Assembly: GCA_965226495.1 (NCBI GenBank)
Contig: OZ245365.1
Span: 1,824,001-1,888,000 of the forward strand
Direction of reading: 5' to 3'
From: Candidatus Marinacidobacterales bacterium
GTDB taxonomy: Bacteria; Acidobacteriota; Vicinamibacteria; Marinacidobacterales; DATDRI01
DNA length: 64,000 bases
Both the position numbers and the translations under genes were made by a program. Each line of letters opens with the position of its first letter. Positions within the stretch are counted from its first letter, which is position 1. Below the pieces are notes generated by a model, which saw only the letters and a list, made by a program, of their open reading frames with translations, did no database searches and was not told the DNA's origin. Below, in pieces: positions 48,768 to 58,674 of this stretch.

Positions 48768-51076
48768 CTAGTAGTGTCGGGCGCAGAAGGCGCGGGGCTC
48801 GGTGCCGGTAATGAAAGTCTCGGACTGGGCGTTGGGGCAAGATGCTCGCGCGAGCTGCCCCGTTTCGGAATCGATTCGGGCGAAGGTCACGCCGCTGGGT
48901 GGCTCGAACACTCCGGTCTCTCGACCGGAGACCGCGGACTTCATGAAGCGGGTCCAAATAGGCAATGCCGCCTGGGAGCCGGTGAGTCCCAACGGCTTGT
49001 TGTCATCGTATCCCACCCATACGACGGCGAGAAGATCCGGGGTGAACCCCACGAACCAGGCATCGCGCGTATCGTTGGTGGTGCCGGTCTTGCCGGCAGC
49101 GACCGCTCTGAAACCGCGCGCACGGATCTCTCTCGCCGTGCCCTGGTCGATGACACTTCGCATCATGTCTGTTACCAGATAGGCGCTTGCGGGGTGAGCT
49201 ACGGCATGGCGGCCGGTCTCGACACTGTCGAGGGTCCGTCCCTTCGCGTCCTGGACCTCGACGAAGAATCGAGGGTCGACGCGAACACCATGGTTGGCGA
49301 TGACCGTGTAGGCGGTGGCCAGATCCAGTGGTGTCATCTCGAAGGCTCCGAGCACGACGGACGGGTATGGCTGGAGACTACTGTGCGTCCCGATCGCATC
49401 CCAGAGCTTGACCACTCGTTCGTAGCCGACTTCTTTTCCTACTTTTGCGGTCGCCACGTTGAGTGAGCGAGCCAAGGCGCGACGATAGGTGACGTCGCCG
49501 GAGAAGCGATGATCGTAGTTGGACGGGCGCCATGGCCTTCCTCCGTGCCAAATCGTTGTGGGCTCGTCGCGCACGATGCTGGCGGGCGTGAAGTATCGGG
49601 TCGAAGAACCGCCGATGCGCGTCAACTCGTAGCTTCGCTCGAAAGCGGCGAGGTAGACGAACGGTTTGAACGCACTTCCCGGCTGACGCCGTGCTTCGGT
49701 CGCGCGGTTGAATTGACTGAGGCCGTAGCTTCGTCCACCAACGAGTGCCAGGATGTCGCCGCGCGCCGGATCCATCGCAATGAGGGCGGCCTGGACGTTC
49801 CGGGGTTTGTTCTTTCCGGAGAGCTTCTCCTCGATCTCGGTGAGGCCTTCCGCCACCGCGCGCTGGGCGGCGGTCTGAAGATAACGATCCATCGTGGAGT
49901 GCACGGTTAGGGTCACCGTAGCTTCAGGTGGGTAGCGGTCGAAGAGCTCTTCCCGGAGGGCGTCTATGAAGTAGGGGGCCTCACCGACGTCCACCGCACC
50001 CGGCTCGATGGCAAGTGGCCTCGCGGCGGCCGTCTCGGCGGCGGCTCTCTCGATGAACCCATGGCGTGCCATCTGGCCAAGCACGATGTCCCTACGCGCC
50101 CGGGCCTTGTCCGCATGGCGGAAAGGGGATGCGGCATTGGGCGCACGGATGAGGGCGGCCAAGAGGGCGGCTTCTTCGAGCTCCAGGTTCTTGACGTCTT
50201 TACCGAAAAAAATCTTGGCGGCTTGACCGACACCGCTGATTCCGAACGAGCCGCGTTGGCCCAAATACACATCGTTGAGATAGAGCTGGAGGATCTCTTC
50301 CTTTCCCGCGCGGTTTTCCAGGATGATGGCGAGAAAAGCCTCCAAGGCTTTCCGCCGCACGGTTTTTTCCGGGGTCAAGAAGTAGTTCTTGACCAGCTGC
50401 TGGCTGAGGGTGCTGCCACCTTGTTTTACTTCGCCGCTCTTGATGTCCAGCCAGGCGGCTCTCACGATTCCGATGGGATCGAGGCCGGTGTGCTGGAAGA
50501 ACCGACGGTCCTCGGTCGCCAGCACCGCCTGGATCAGGACCGTCGGGATCTCGTCGAGAGACACCCACCTCTGTTTGGTCCGCTCTTCTCCGAAGAGCGT
50601 CGTCACCGGGACGGCCTCGAGGTCTACCTTCGCGAGGGCGTTTCCATTGGGGAACTCTCGAATGGCTTGTACCGACTTGTCCCAAAAACGAACGCCGATG
50701 ATGTGTGGGGAGTCGCTTTTTCCGGAGTGGCCTAAATGTACGCGAACTTCGTCCTTCGCTTTATAAAACGTGCCCGGCTCTTGCACCGAGCTCTTGGTTC
50801 GCTGGTAGCGAACTGAGTTCAGAAGGTCAATGAACTCAGATTCCAGCAGTCTCTGCTGGTAGCGTAGCTCGAAGGGTTGCGCGTAAACCCAGTTGGGCTT
50901 CGCCAGCCGTTCGCCTTCGAGCCGTAGACCGATCTCACGAGAGAACCGGAAGTAGTGGACGATGAGAGTCGCGACCACATAAAAGAGCGCGATGCTGAGA
51001 AGGGTGAGCGCGGCGAAGGTAATTTTGAAGCGAAGGGCGAATAGCGCCGCCGCCGGGACCGACGTTTTTTGCTCAA
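48768..51076 (-). CDS. mrcB: Class A penicillin-binding protein (PBP1B-like); probable single frameshift near 51040
   Basis: EDRRF..H.G.D and GGSTLSQQLVKN transglycosylase motifs; SAFK, SLN and KTG transpeptidase motifs; basic MSKKRRSRRRR tail is in an adjacent frame. Confidence 0.88.
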
Positions 51077-51096
51077 GTCGGCCTATTATAAAAGAT

Positions 51097-52512
51097 CTAG
51101 AACCGATAAATCTTCATCATATTGGTGGCGCCCTCGATGGTGGTCGTGCCACAGACCAGAATCGCGATGTCGCCGGAATCAACCCTGCCCATTGTCGAAA
51201 GAAGTTTCATGCCCGACTCCAGCATCTCGTCCGTCGTTTCGTAGTGGCGGGACCGCACCGGAGTCGCCCCCCACGTCAGAGCGAGTTGGCGATAGACACG
51301 CTCCTGGGGCGTGAAGGCGAGGACCGCCGAGCCGGGTCGGCAGTAGCTGACGAGCCGAGCCGTGGAGCCGGACTCCGTGAAGACGACGAGGTAGCGGGCT
51401 CCGAGCTGTTCGGCGGCGCGACAAGCGCCAACCGCGACCGCCCTCGCAATCGGGGACCCTTCGAGAGAGGCGGAGTCGGAGCGTCGACGGCGTGGCCCCA
51501 AACGTTGCTCGGTGTACTCGGCAATGCGCGCCATGGTAGCTACCGACTCGACGGGATACTTACCGGACGCCGTCTCGGCGGAGAGCATAAGCGCGTCGGT
51601 CCCGTCCAAGATCGCGTTGGCGACGTCGGTAGCCTCCGCCCTGGTGGGACGATGATGGTCCACCATCGACTCCAGCATTTGGGTCGCGGTAATAACGGTC
51701 CGCCCCCTTTCATTCGCAGCGGCGATAATTTCCTTTTGAAGCATGGGTATCTGCTCGGTCGGGAGCTCCACGCCGAGATCACCGCGCGCCACCATGACCC
51801 CATCGGAGACATCGAGGATGTCGGATAGATTTTCGACCGCGCCCGGTTTTTCGATCTTTGCGATGATCGGCATGTCGGCGCGCCCTTGTTCGTGCAGGAG
51901 GTTCCGCAGCTCTTCCACGTTCTTCTTGCTTCTGACGAAGGATTGAGCGACGAAGTCGACGTCGAGCGATAATCCGAACTCGAGGTCATCCCGATCCTTT
52001 TGAGTCAACGAAGGGATGGAGAGTCGAACCCCCGGCAGATTGATGCCCTTTTTCGATTTCAAGCGGCCGCCACTCACGACCTTGGTCTTCACGTCTCCAC
52101 CAGAGATTGTTTCTACCTCCAACTCGATGAGACCATCGTCGAGGAGGATGCGCTTGCCCGGCCGAACATCCTGAGGAAGATGCCGGTAGGTCGTGGACAC
52201 ACGCTCGGCGGTTCCAACCATGTCTTCGGTCGTCAGGGTTAAACTCGCCCCTTCCTTCAAGAGGACGCCCTTCTTGTCCGAAACGTCGCCGGTTCGAATC
52301 TTGGGGCCAGAGAGGTCTTGGAGACAGGCGACCGCCTGGCCGAGCCGTTTCGCGGTACCGCGCACGGTTTCGATGGCCTTTTGGTGTTGCCGGTGGCTGC
52401 CGTGCGAAAAATTGAGTCGGAATACGTTCACCCCGCTTTCGATGAGACGCTCGATGATCTCGGCATCGTAAGACGCCGGCCCGAGGGTGGCGACGATCTT
52501 GGTTCGTCGCAT
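51097..52512 (-). CDS. pyk: Pyruvate kinase
   Basis: RRTKIVATLGP, RLNFSHG, AKIE, MVARGDLGVE and ATQMLESM motifs. Confidence 0.97.
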   Translation of the reverse strand: MRRTKIVATLGPASYDAEIIERLIESGVNVFRLNFSHGSHRQHQKAIETVRGTAKRLGQAVACLQDLSGPKIRTGDVSDKKGVLLKEGASLTLTTEDMVGTAERVSTTYRHLPQDVRPGKRILLDDGLIELEVETISGGDVKTKVVSGGRLKSKKGINLPGVRLSIPSLTQKDRDDLEFGLSLDVDFVAQSFVRSKKNVEELRNLLHEQGRADMPIIAKIEKPGAVENLSDILDVSDGVMVARGDLGVELPTEQIPMLQKEIIAAANERGRTVITATQMLESMVDHHRPTRAEATDVANAILDGTDALMLSAETASGKYPVESVATMARIAEYTEQRLGPRRRRSDSASLEGSPIARAVAVGACRAAEQLGARYLVVFTESGSTARLVSYCRPGSAVLAFTPQERVYRQLALTWGATPVRSRHYETTDEMLESGMKLLSTMGRVDSGDIAILVCGTTTIEGATNMMKIYRF

Positions 52513-52513
52513 A

Positions 52514-53269
52514 TCAACGTGGGAGAAGCGGGGTCCCCTCATGGAGGGGGGCGGCGTCTGGCACGGGAGCCAGACGACAGCGAAGGATAGTAGTGATGAT
52601 CTTCCAGCCTGCCAGGACCGTTCCCTTTACGGTACCGGTGATCTTCGAGCGGCCGATGCGGCGGTGATAGCTGACCGGGACTTCTGTCGAAGGTACTCCG
52701 GCTCGGGAAGCCTTGGCTTGCATTTCGGCGGTCCAGCCGTAATTCCGGTCTTCCATTTCTAACGAGAGCAGAGTCGTATATCGGATGGCGCGAAATGGCC
52801 CGAGATCGGTAAAACGCACGCCGTAGAGTAGACGGATCATCCAGGTCGCAAGCCAATTCCCCCAACGGGCGTGCGGTGCCAGTGCGCCGGGTTCCCGTAC
52901 TCCCAAGACGCGCGAGCCGATGACCAGGTCCGCGGCATCGGTGAGGATTGGATCGATCAGCTGGGGCAGCTCCGAGGGCCGGTCGCTATAGTCGGCGTCC
53001 ACAAAGACGACGATGTCGGGTGGATTGGAATTCAATGCCGCGATGCCGGTCAAACAAGCCTGCCCGTAGCCTTGCCTTGGCTCCGCTACCAGCGTCGCGC
53101 CACCGGCGCGCGCAACGTCGGCGGTGCGATCCCGACTCCCGTTGTCGACGACAACGACCTCATTGACCAGCGGGTGCGGTATGTCGGCCAAAACGGAAGG
53201 CAGGGATCGTTCTTCGTCGAGCGCCGGGATCACAACGACGATGCGCATGTGGGCTCCAGTATAGCCCAT
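52514..53269 (-). CDS. Family 2 glycosyltransferase
   Basis: IPALDEE, VVDNGSRD, DAD and TDLGPFRAI motifs. Confidence 0.92.
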   Translation of the reverse strand: MGYTGAHMRIVVVIPALDEERSLPSVLADIPHPLVNEVVVVDNGSRDRTADVARAGGATLVAEPRQGYGQACLTGIAALNSNPPDIVVFVDADYSDRPSELPQLIDPILTDAADLVIGSRVLGVREPGALAPHARWGNWLATWMIRLLYGVRFTDLGPFRAIRYTTLLSLEMEDRNYGWTAEMQAKASRAGVPSTEVPVSYHRRIGRSKITGTVKGTVLAGWKIITTILRCRLAPVPDAAPLHEGTPLLPR

Positions 53270-53298
53270 CCGCTTTAGGGCGACTCCCGAGTGCCGGA

Positions 53299-53760
53299 TC
53301 AGAGTTGCTTGGTATAGACGGTCTGGGTTGGAAAGGCAAAATCGAGCCCGGCTTGGTTGAACTCCGTTAGGATCGCCATATTCACATCCGTCGTCGTGCC
53401 CGAGATGTCGGTGCCCGGTTTGATGTAATAGATGAATAGAATGTTCATCGCGAAATCTCCGAAGGCGTTGAAGAACGTGAGTACCTTTTCCTCGAGGTTT
53501 TCGTTCTTGGTTGCGATCGCCTTCAGTAGCGTCATCGCCCGGCTCATCTGGTCCGTCGTCGTGTCATAGGTCAGGCCCAGGTTCAAGACGACCTTCGTTG
53601 AGGGCTCCGCGCTCACGTTTTCGACCGGGGAGTCCGAGAAGGTCGAGTTCGGAATGGTCACGATGCGGCCCTCGAGGGTTTCCAGTCGAGTGCTTCGGAC
53701 TCCGATCTCCCGAATGAAGCCGTCGTAGCCGGCAACCTTCACGCGGTCGTTGAGCGTAAA
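53299..53760 (-). pseudogene. MscS mechanosensitive channel, C-terminal fragment
   Basis: FTLNDRVKV..G...EIGVRST....EG..VTIPNS and FAFPT motifs; the N-terminal TM helices are absent. Confidence 0.75.
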
Positions 53761-53815
53761 ATGATTGCGTATGAGACTAGATGCCAGGGCCGTTGCTGAG
53801 GGAGGCTGGATAGGT

Positions 53816-53841
53816 GCGGGCCAGGGTTTCCCCCGGCCCGC
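53816..53841 (-). terminator. GC-rich hairpin 3' of the GlsB-like gene
   Basis: GCGGGCC (53816-53822) / GGCCCGC (53835-53841); no clear U tract. Confidence 0.4.
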
Positions 53842-53866
53842 GGTTTCCTACGGACTAACTGTGGGT

Positions 53867-54109
53867 TTAGGCTTTCTTGAGTAGACCAACAATGAAGAGT
53901 AGGGCGCAGGCTCCGACCACGGCCATGATGATGGAACCGAGCGCACCGTATGCCGAAAGGCCGAGTGCGCCAAAAACCCAGCCGCCCACCACTGCGCCTA
54001 CAACTCCCACGACGAGGTTGCCGATGAGCCCGAAACCGGCCCCTTTCATAATCTGGCCAGCGAGCCAGCCAGCGATGATGCCTATGACTGCGAAATAAAT
54101 AAGGTTCAT
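53867..54109 (-). CDS. GlsB/YeaQ/YmgE stress response membrane protein
   Basis: IGIIAGWLAGQIMKG.GFG..GNLVVGVVGAVVGG. Confidence 0.92.
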   Translation of the reverse strand: MNLIYFAVIGIIAGWLAGQIMKGAGFGLIGNLVVGVVGAVVGGWVFGALGLSAYGALGSIIMAVVGACALLFIVGLLKKA

Positions 54110-54173
54110 GAATCGTCCCTCCTATAGTGTTCTCGACTGAGAACGAATTGCATTTCTCCTCGTTGCCTGGCGA

Positions 54174-54614
54174 TCAGGCCTGGGGAGGAATGCGAAGCAC
54201 CTGACCCGGATAGATCAGATCTGGGTCTTTTAGCATCGGGCGGTTGGCCTCGAAGATGACAGGGTATTTCATTGCGTCGCCGTACTGCCCCTTGGCGATT
54301 TTCGACAGCGTGTCGCCCTTCTCCACGGTGTAGAAGTTCGCTTTGGGTTCTTTCTTTACTTCGATTTGGTCGTCGACTCGGGCAATTCCCGCTGTGTTGC
54401 CTACTGCCAGAACAACCTTTTCGCGTTCTTGTTGCGATTCCACTTTTCCAGACACCGTGGCGACGTCGCCAGCGATGTCGATCTTGAGCTGTTCGATCTC
54501 GAGTCCCATCTTCCGGACGTAGTTTTCGAGCTTGGCGGAGCTTTCTTGATCCACTTTGGCCTCTCCACCGAAGAGTTTTTCACCTGCACTCTTTACGAAA
54601 TCTATGAGTCCCAC
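54174..54614 (-). CDS. kbp: BON-LysM protein (Kbp/YgaU-like)
   Basis: MGLIDFVKSAGEKLF, EKVVLAVGN, YTVEKGDTLS.IA and IFEANRPML.DPD.IYPGQVLRIP; GTG start with GGAGG RBS. Confidence 0.9.
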   Translation of the reverse strand: MGLIDFVKSAGEKLFGGEAKVDQESSAKLENYVRKMGLEIEQLKIDIAGDVATVSGKVESQQEREKVVLAVGNTAGIARVDDQIEVKKEPKANFYTVEKGDTLSKIAKGQYGDAMKYPVIFEANRPMLKDPDLIYPGQVLRIPPQA

Positions 54615-54792
54615 TTTGTACCTCCATTGAAGATGCCGGTCTTTTCGCGAGTCCGATGGCTCGCGCGCCCCCCAGTGGGGGAGGCGGGTTATATAGGATA
54701 GTCGGCCTCGCGGCATAGCGACGCCAAGAATGGGCCTCGTTGACTTCCCGCGGGGCTGGTCCTATCATTGATCGAAAGGCGATAAGCTGCCC

Positions 54793-56226
54793 TTGAAGAC
54801 GAAAACGAAGATCCAAACGCCGCCGGCCAAGTCAGGACCTCCTGCCCAGGCGGACATTTGCAACAACATCCTGGCGACGATCGGTAATACACCGCTTATC
54901 CAGCTAAACTCGGTCACCCGTGGCATAAAGGCCACGATCCTTGCGAAAGCGGAGTTCTTGAATCCCGGTGGTTCGGTCAAGGACCGCATCGGGATGGCGA
55001 TCATCGAGGAGGCCGAGCGTCGCGGTGACCTCCGACCGGGCGGCACCATCGTAGAGGCCACGTCGGGTAACACCGGCGTGGGATTAGCGATTGGCGCGGT
55101 CATCAAGGGATACAAGTGTGTTTTCGTCATGCCGGATAAGATGAGTGACGAGAAAATCCGGCTGCTGCATTCTTTTGGTGCCCGGGTCGTCATCACGCCG
55201 ACTGCGGTCGAGCCCGAGGATCCGCGAAGCTACTACTCGGTTTCCCGCAAGATCGCGGACGAGACTCCCAACGCCGTCTACGCGAACCAGTACCACAATC
55301 CGGTGAACCCACAGGTGCACTACCACACAACCGGTCCCGAGATCTGGAAGCAGACCGGTGGCAAGATCGATGTCCTGGTCGTCGGTATGGGCACCGGCGG
55401 TACCATCAGTGGCACCGGGAGGTACTTGAAGGAGCAGAACCCCGAGGTCCAGGTGGTTGGTGCCGATCCGGTAGGCTCCCTGTACTACGAGTACTTCAAG
55501 ACCGGGAAGCTGGGTGCGGCGCACACCTACAAAGTAGAAGGCGTGGGGGAGGACTTCTTACCCTCCACGATGGACTTCGACGTCGTTGACGATGTCGTTC
55601 AAGCGAGCGACCAGGAGTCTTTCTTGATGGCGCGTCGCCTCGTGAAGGAGGAGGCGATGTTCGTCGGTGGGTCCGCGGGAACGGCGGTGGCAGCGGCGCT
55701 GCGCTATTCCAAAGACTTGCCGGCGGGGAAGATGGTGGTAGTCGTGCTTCCCGACTCCGGCTCGCGCTATTTGTCCAAATTCTTCAACGACGACTGGATG
55801 CGGCAGAACCGATTCTTGGAGTCCGATCTAGTGGAGGGGACGGTTCAGGACATTCTGAGAATCAAGCGACTGAGCAAGATCATCGTCGTGTCCCCGCATG
55901 AACGGATGATGGATGTCATCCGCACCATGAAGAAGCACAATATCTCGCAGGTTCCGGTGGTGGACAGGGGCGATCTCAAAGGGATGATCACCGAGGTCGA
56001 TCTCCTGAATCACATGGTGCATGAGGCGCCCCACCAGAAAGACGAGACCATCGCCCCGCTGGTGACGACCGAGCACATGGAAGTCGTCGGGCCGCGAACG
56101 TCACTCGAGGCCCTGGCAGAGATCTTCGCCCGGGGGCACGTTGCCGTCGTTTTGGACAGTCAGGATGTTGTGGGCATCGTCGCCAAGATCGACCTCATCG
56201 ACTTTCTCGCCGCCCACATCAAGTAG
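54793..56226 (+). CDS. cbs: Cystathionine beta-synthase with C-terminal CBS pair
   Basis: PLP lysine in SVKDR; TSGNTG, GMGTGGT and DSGSRYLSK motifs; Bateman module. Confidence 0.9.
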   Translation: MKTKTKIQTPPAKSGPPAQADICNNILATIGNTPLIQLNSVTRGIKATILAKAEFLNPGGSVKDRIGMAIIEEAERRGDLRPGGTIVEATSGNTGVGLAIGAVIKGYKCVFVMPDKMSDEKIRLLHSFGARVVITPTAVEPEDPRSYYSVSRKIADETPNAVYANQYHNPVNPQVHYHTTGPEIWKQTGGKIDVLVVGMGTGGTISGTGRYLKEQNPEVQVVGADPVGSLYYEYFKTGKLGAAHTYKVEGVGEDFLPSTMDFDVVDDVVQASDQESFLMARRLVKEEAMFVGGSAGTAVAAALRYSKDLPAGKMVVVVLPDSGSRYLSKFFNDDWMRQNRFLESDLVEGTVQDILRIKRLSKIIVVSPHERMMDVIRTMKKHNISQVPVVDRGDLKGMITEVDLLNHMVHEAPHQKDETIAPLVTTEHMEVVGPRTSLEALAEIFARGHVAVVLDSQDVVGIVAKIDLIDFLAAHIK

Positions 56227-56227
56227 C

Positions 56228-57256
56228 TCAGTCCAACCAGATCGTCTGCACTAATTCGGATAGCGGGACGTCTTTCTTCGACGAGAGTAAGAGGAAGCTC
56301 CCCACCTTTCCCTTGGCACCTTTCTCGTCGAGAAACGTACCGCAGTTCCAAACACTGAGTGCCTGTTCGCGAGGGCGAGCGATTGTCGCCTCGCCGGCTC
56401 GATGCGTGTGGCCGAAGACAAATCCGTCCACTCTACGTCCTCGGCAGCAGAATCGGGTGTAGGCGAGGATGTTTTGTTTGAGGCCACGATCGATAGGGCG
56501 TCCCCGCGCCCTGGCTCCGGTCAACTCGTTGAGCTTCGTGATCGCGTGAACCGCACCGACCGCACGCCGATAGATTCCCTGCCTGACCTGGAAATTGACG
56601 GCGCCGCCGTCTACGATGCTTTGGTAGAGTCCTACCCGTCGAAAGAAATATTGACGGGCCTTGGTCACGGCCTTGGTGTCCTTGGGATCGACCTTGTCGA
56701 AGGCGCGTCGCGCGTCGATGCCTAGACCTTGGCTCGCGTCGAGATAGTGCCCGTGGCCTAGAACCAACCGATGCCCGGCTAGACGAAGCTCGAGGTGCGG
56801 GTATCGGACTTCGAAGGAAACGTCGCCGCCGGCGAGGATGCCGCGCAGAAACGGGTCCCGCCAGTGACGATAGAAGCTCACCTTGCCGTGCAATCGCTTC
56901 CCGGTAGCGACCCTGGCCATTAGATACCGTTCGACGGATAGGTAGTCGAAGACTCGGTAGTCGTGATTCCCGGGGATGTAATGAACTTGGCGTGCTTCGG
57001 TCTCGCGGACCAACTCGTTCAGGAATCGGCGGAAACCCACCGAGCGGCGTCCACCGGTTCCCTCGGGAATGCCCTCGATGGCCATCGACCAATTGCCGAT
57101 CTGGAGATCGAGTATGTCTCCGAGGAGGACGACGCGCCGGATCGGCCGATGCGCACGAGCGATCGCGAGAAGTTTCTCGAGATGGCGAGAGTTATGGAGT
57201 AGGGATCGCGGATCTCCGAAGTGCAGATCGGAAAAAACGATGGCTTCTGTGCTCAT
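56228..57256 (-). CDS. Calcineurin-like metallophosphoesterase
   Basis: SDLH, LGD, GNHD, HGH and GHTH motifs. Confidence 0.88.
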   Translation of the reverse strand: MSTEAIVFSDLHFGDPRSLLHNSRHLEKLLAIARAHRPIRRVVLLGDILDLQIGNWSMAIEGIPEGTGGRRSVGFRRFLNELVRETEARQVHYIPGNHDYRVFDYLSVERYLMARVATGKRLHGKVSFYRHWRDPFLRGILAGGDVSFEVRYPHLELRLAGHRLVLGHGHYLDASQGLGIDARRAFDKVDPKDTKAVTKARQYFFRRVGLYQSIVDGGAVNFQVRQGIYRRAVGAVHAITKLNELTGARARGRPIDRGLKQNILAYTRFCCRGRRVDGFVFGHTHRAGEATIARPREQALSVWNCGTFLDEKGAKGKVGSFLLLSSKKDVPLSELVQTIWLD

Positions 57257-57272
57257 CGGCGCCCATCGAGGT

Positions 57273-57680
57273 CTACCTTAGTTCCTTCTCGGTATCGAAC
57301 AGCAAACCACTTTGGGATAATCGTCCGATCGCCTGCTGCAGACTCGAGTCACGGTCGGGTTCATCACGAATCATCAGACCGTAGCCGGGCTTCTCTGAAG
57401 ACGGGTCGCGTCGTTCGGCTCCGCTTCGCCAGACCGTGAGGCCACGAAGACTCAAGCGGCCTCCCGCGCCGGTTGGCAAGCCCAAGACCATCTTGACCTC
57501 TTCGCCGACCCACACGTCGGCGTCCAGCGTCAAAAACGCGCCCCGGGGGCTGAGGTTGTGGACGTGACCCGCCTGCCAGTTGCCGGCCGTCTGTACTAAT
57601 ACTGGAATCGGTTCTTTGGCTTCAAAGCGGTATCTTCTTCTAGCCGTTGGATTGGCGCCATGTCCGGAAGAAAGAGTCAC
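57273..57680 (-). CDS. Stand-alone PilZ-domain protein
   Basis: RRRYR (RxxxR) and NLSPRG ((D/N)xSxxG) motifs; AGAGGAG RBS. Confidence 0.8.
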   Translation of the reverse strand: MTLSSGHGANPTARRRYRFEAKEPIPVLVQTAGNWQAGHVHNLSPRGAFLTLDADVWVGEEVKMVLGLPTGAGGRLSLRGLTVWRSGAERRDPSSEKPGYGLMIRDEPDRDSSLQQAIGRLSQSGLLFDTEKELR

Positions 57681-57778
57681 AGAGATCTCCTCTAATAATC
57701 TGGGTTGGGTTCACTAAGTCTACCGTTTTTCGCGTTGCTAGGCTAGTGGGACGGGCCGGCCAAGTCCATCTGTGATAG

Positions 57779-58156
57779 TTATTTCGTTTTTCGTTTGTAC
57801 TTGACGCCGGGGATCCCTTCGAAGTCCGAGTCCTGGGTCCAGAGGGTGGCTTGGTAGAGGTGAGCGGTGGCCAATATAAGGCTGTCGGCCATTGGCAGTC
57901 GCAAACGGACACCGAGTTTCGCAGCTTTGATCGCCGTCACGGTATCCAGGTCCACGATACGGCCCTGTTGTATGAGCGCGGTCGCCTCAAGCGCAGCACC
58001 TTCATTGCGTTGCTGCAAGACGCGCTTGAAAACTTCGGCGACGCTGATGGTTGGAACGATCAGGTCTTTCGTCGATCGGATCGGGCTTGCAAAGAAGCCA
58101 GCATTGGGGCCATCCGCGAAGTATTCAAGCCAACCGCTAGAATCGACTAGGTTCAC
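57779..58156 (-). CDS. vapC: VapC PIN-domain toxin
   Basis: VDSSGWLEY, E, ADSLI.ATA and WTQDSDF motifs. Confidence 0.93.
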   Translation of the reverse strand: MNLVDSSGWLEYFADGPNAGFFASPIRSTKDLIVPTISVAEVFKRVLQQRNEGAALEATALIQQGRIVDLDTVTAIKAAKLGVRLRLPMADSLILATAHLYQATLWTQDSDFEGIPGVKYKRKTK

Positions 58157-58359
58157 AAGCGATCTTCATCCCTTTGGACCGTTGTGTCGATTCCCTTGAG
58201 GAATCCGCGCATTTTCCGGAGGTCTTTCACGCGCACCAGCTCGATCCGGCCCTCGAACTCGAACACCTGTACTTTTTCACCCGGTTTGAGCCCCAAGGAT
58301 TCGCGAATCTCCCGCGGTATGACCACTTGATACTTGGGTGAAACCGTTACCGTCGCCAT
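58153..58359 (-). CDS. vapB: AbrB/MazE-family antitoxin
   Basis: TVTVSPKYQVVIPREIRESLGL.PG; 4-nt overlap with vapC. Confidence 0.92.
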   Translation of the reverse strand: MATVTVSPKYQVVIPREIRESLGLKPGEKVQVFEFEGRIELVRVKDLRKMRGFLKGIDTTVQRDEDRL

Positions 58360-58431
58360 AGGTATGCTCCGTCCCTTATCGATAATGCACTTGTAATACG
58401 ATATCATGATCGATGGTTCAAGGCAAGACCG

Positions 58432-58662
58432 CCCGTGGGTGTGGGGCCCCACGCGCACTAGCGGGCCGGAGGCCCGTCGGCCGCGAGGAATTGCGAAAGT
58501 GAAGTGGAGCGCGCAAGGGAAGCGGCCGGGTTTTAGGCCCGAGCGCAGCCTTGAGCCGATGCGTAGTCGCGCAGTCGACGGAGCGTCTTGCGTTGGGGGT
58601 GGGGCCCCAACGCAGTTATCGAGGAGCGAGGGGCAGCGCGTGGGGGTGGGGCCCCACGCGCA
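58432..58662. repeat. Cluster of GGGGTGGGGCCCC-type palindromes and other hairpins
   Basis: Three hairpins with loop GTGGGG (about 58434-58453, 58589-58614 and 58636-58661) plus intervening stems. Confidence 0.8.
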
Positions 58663-58674
58663 GTAACTGGATAA

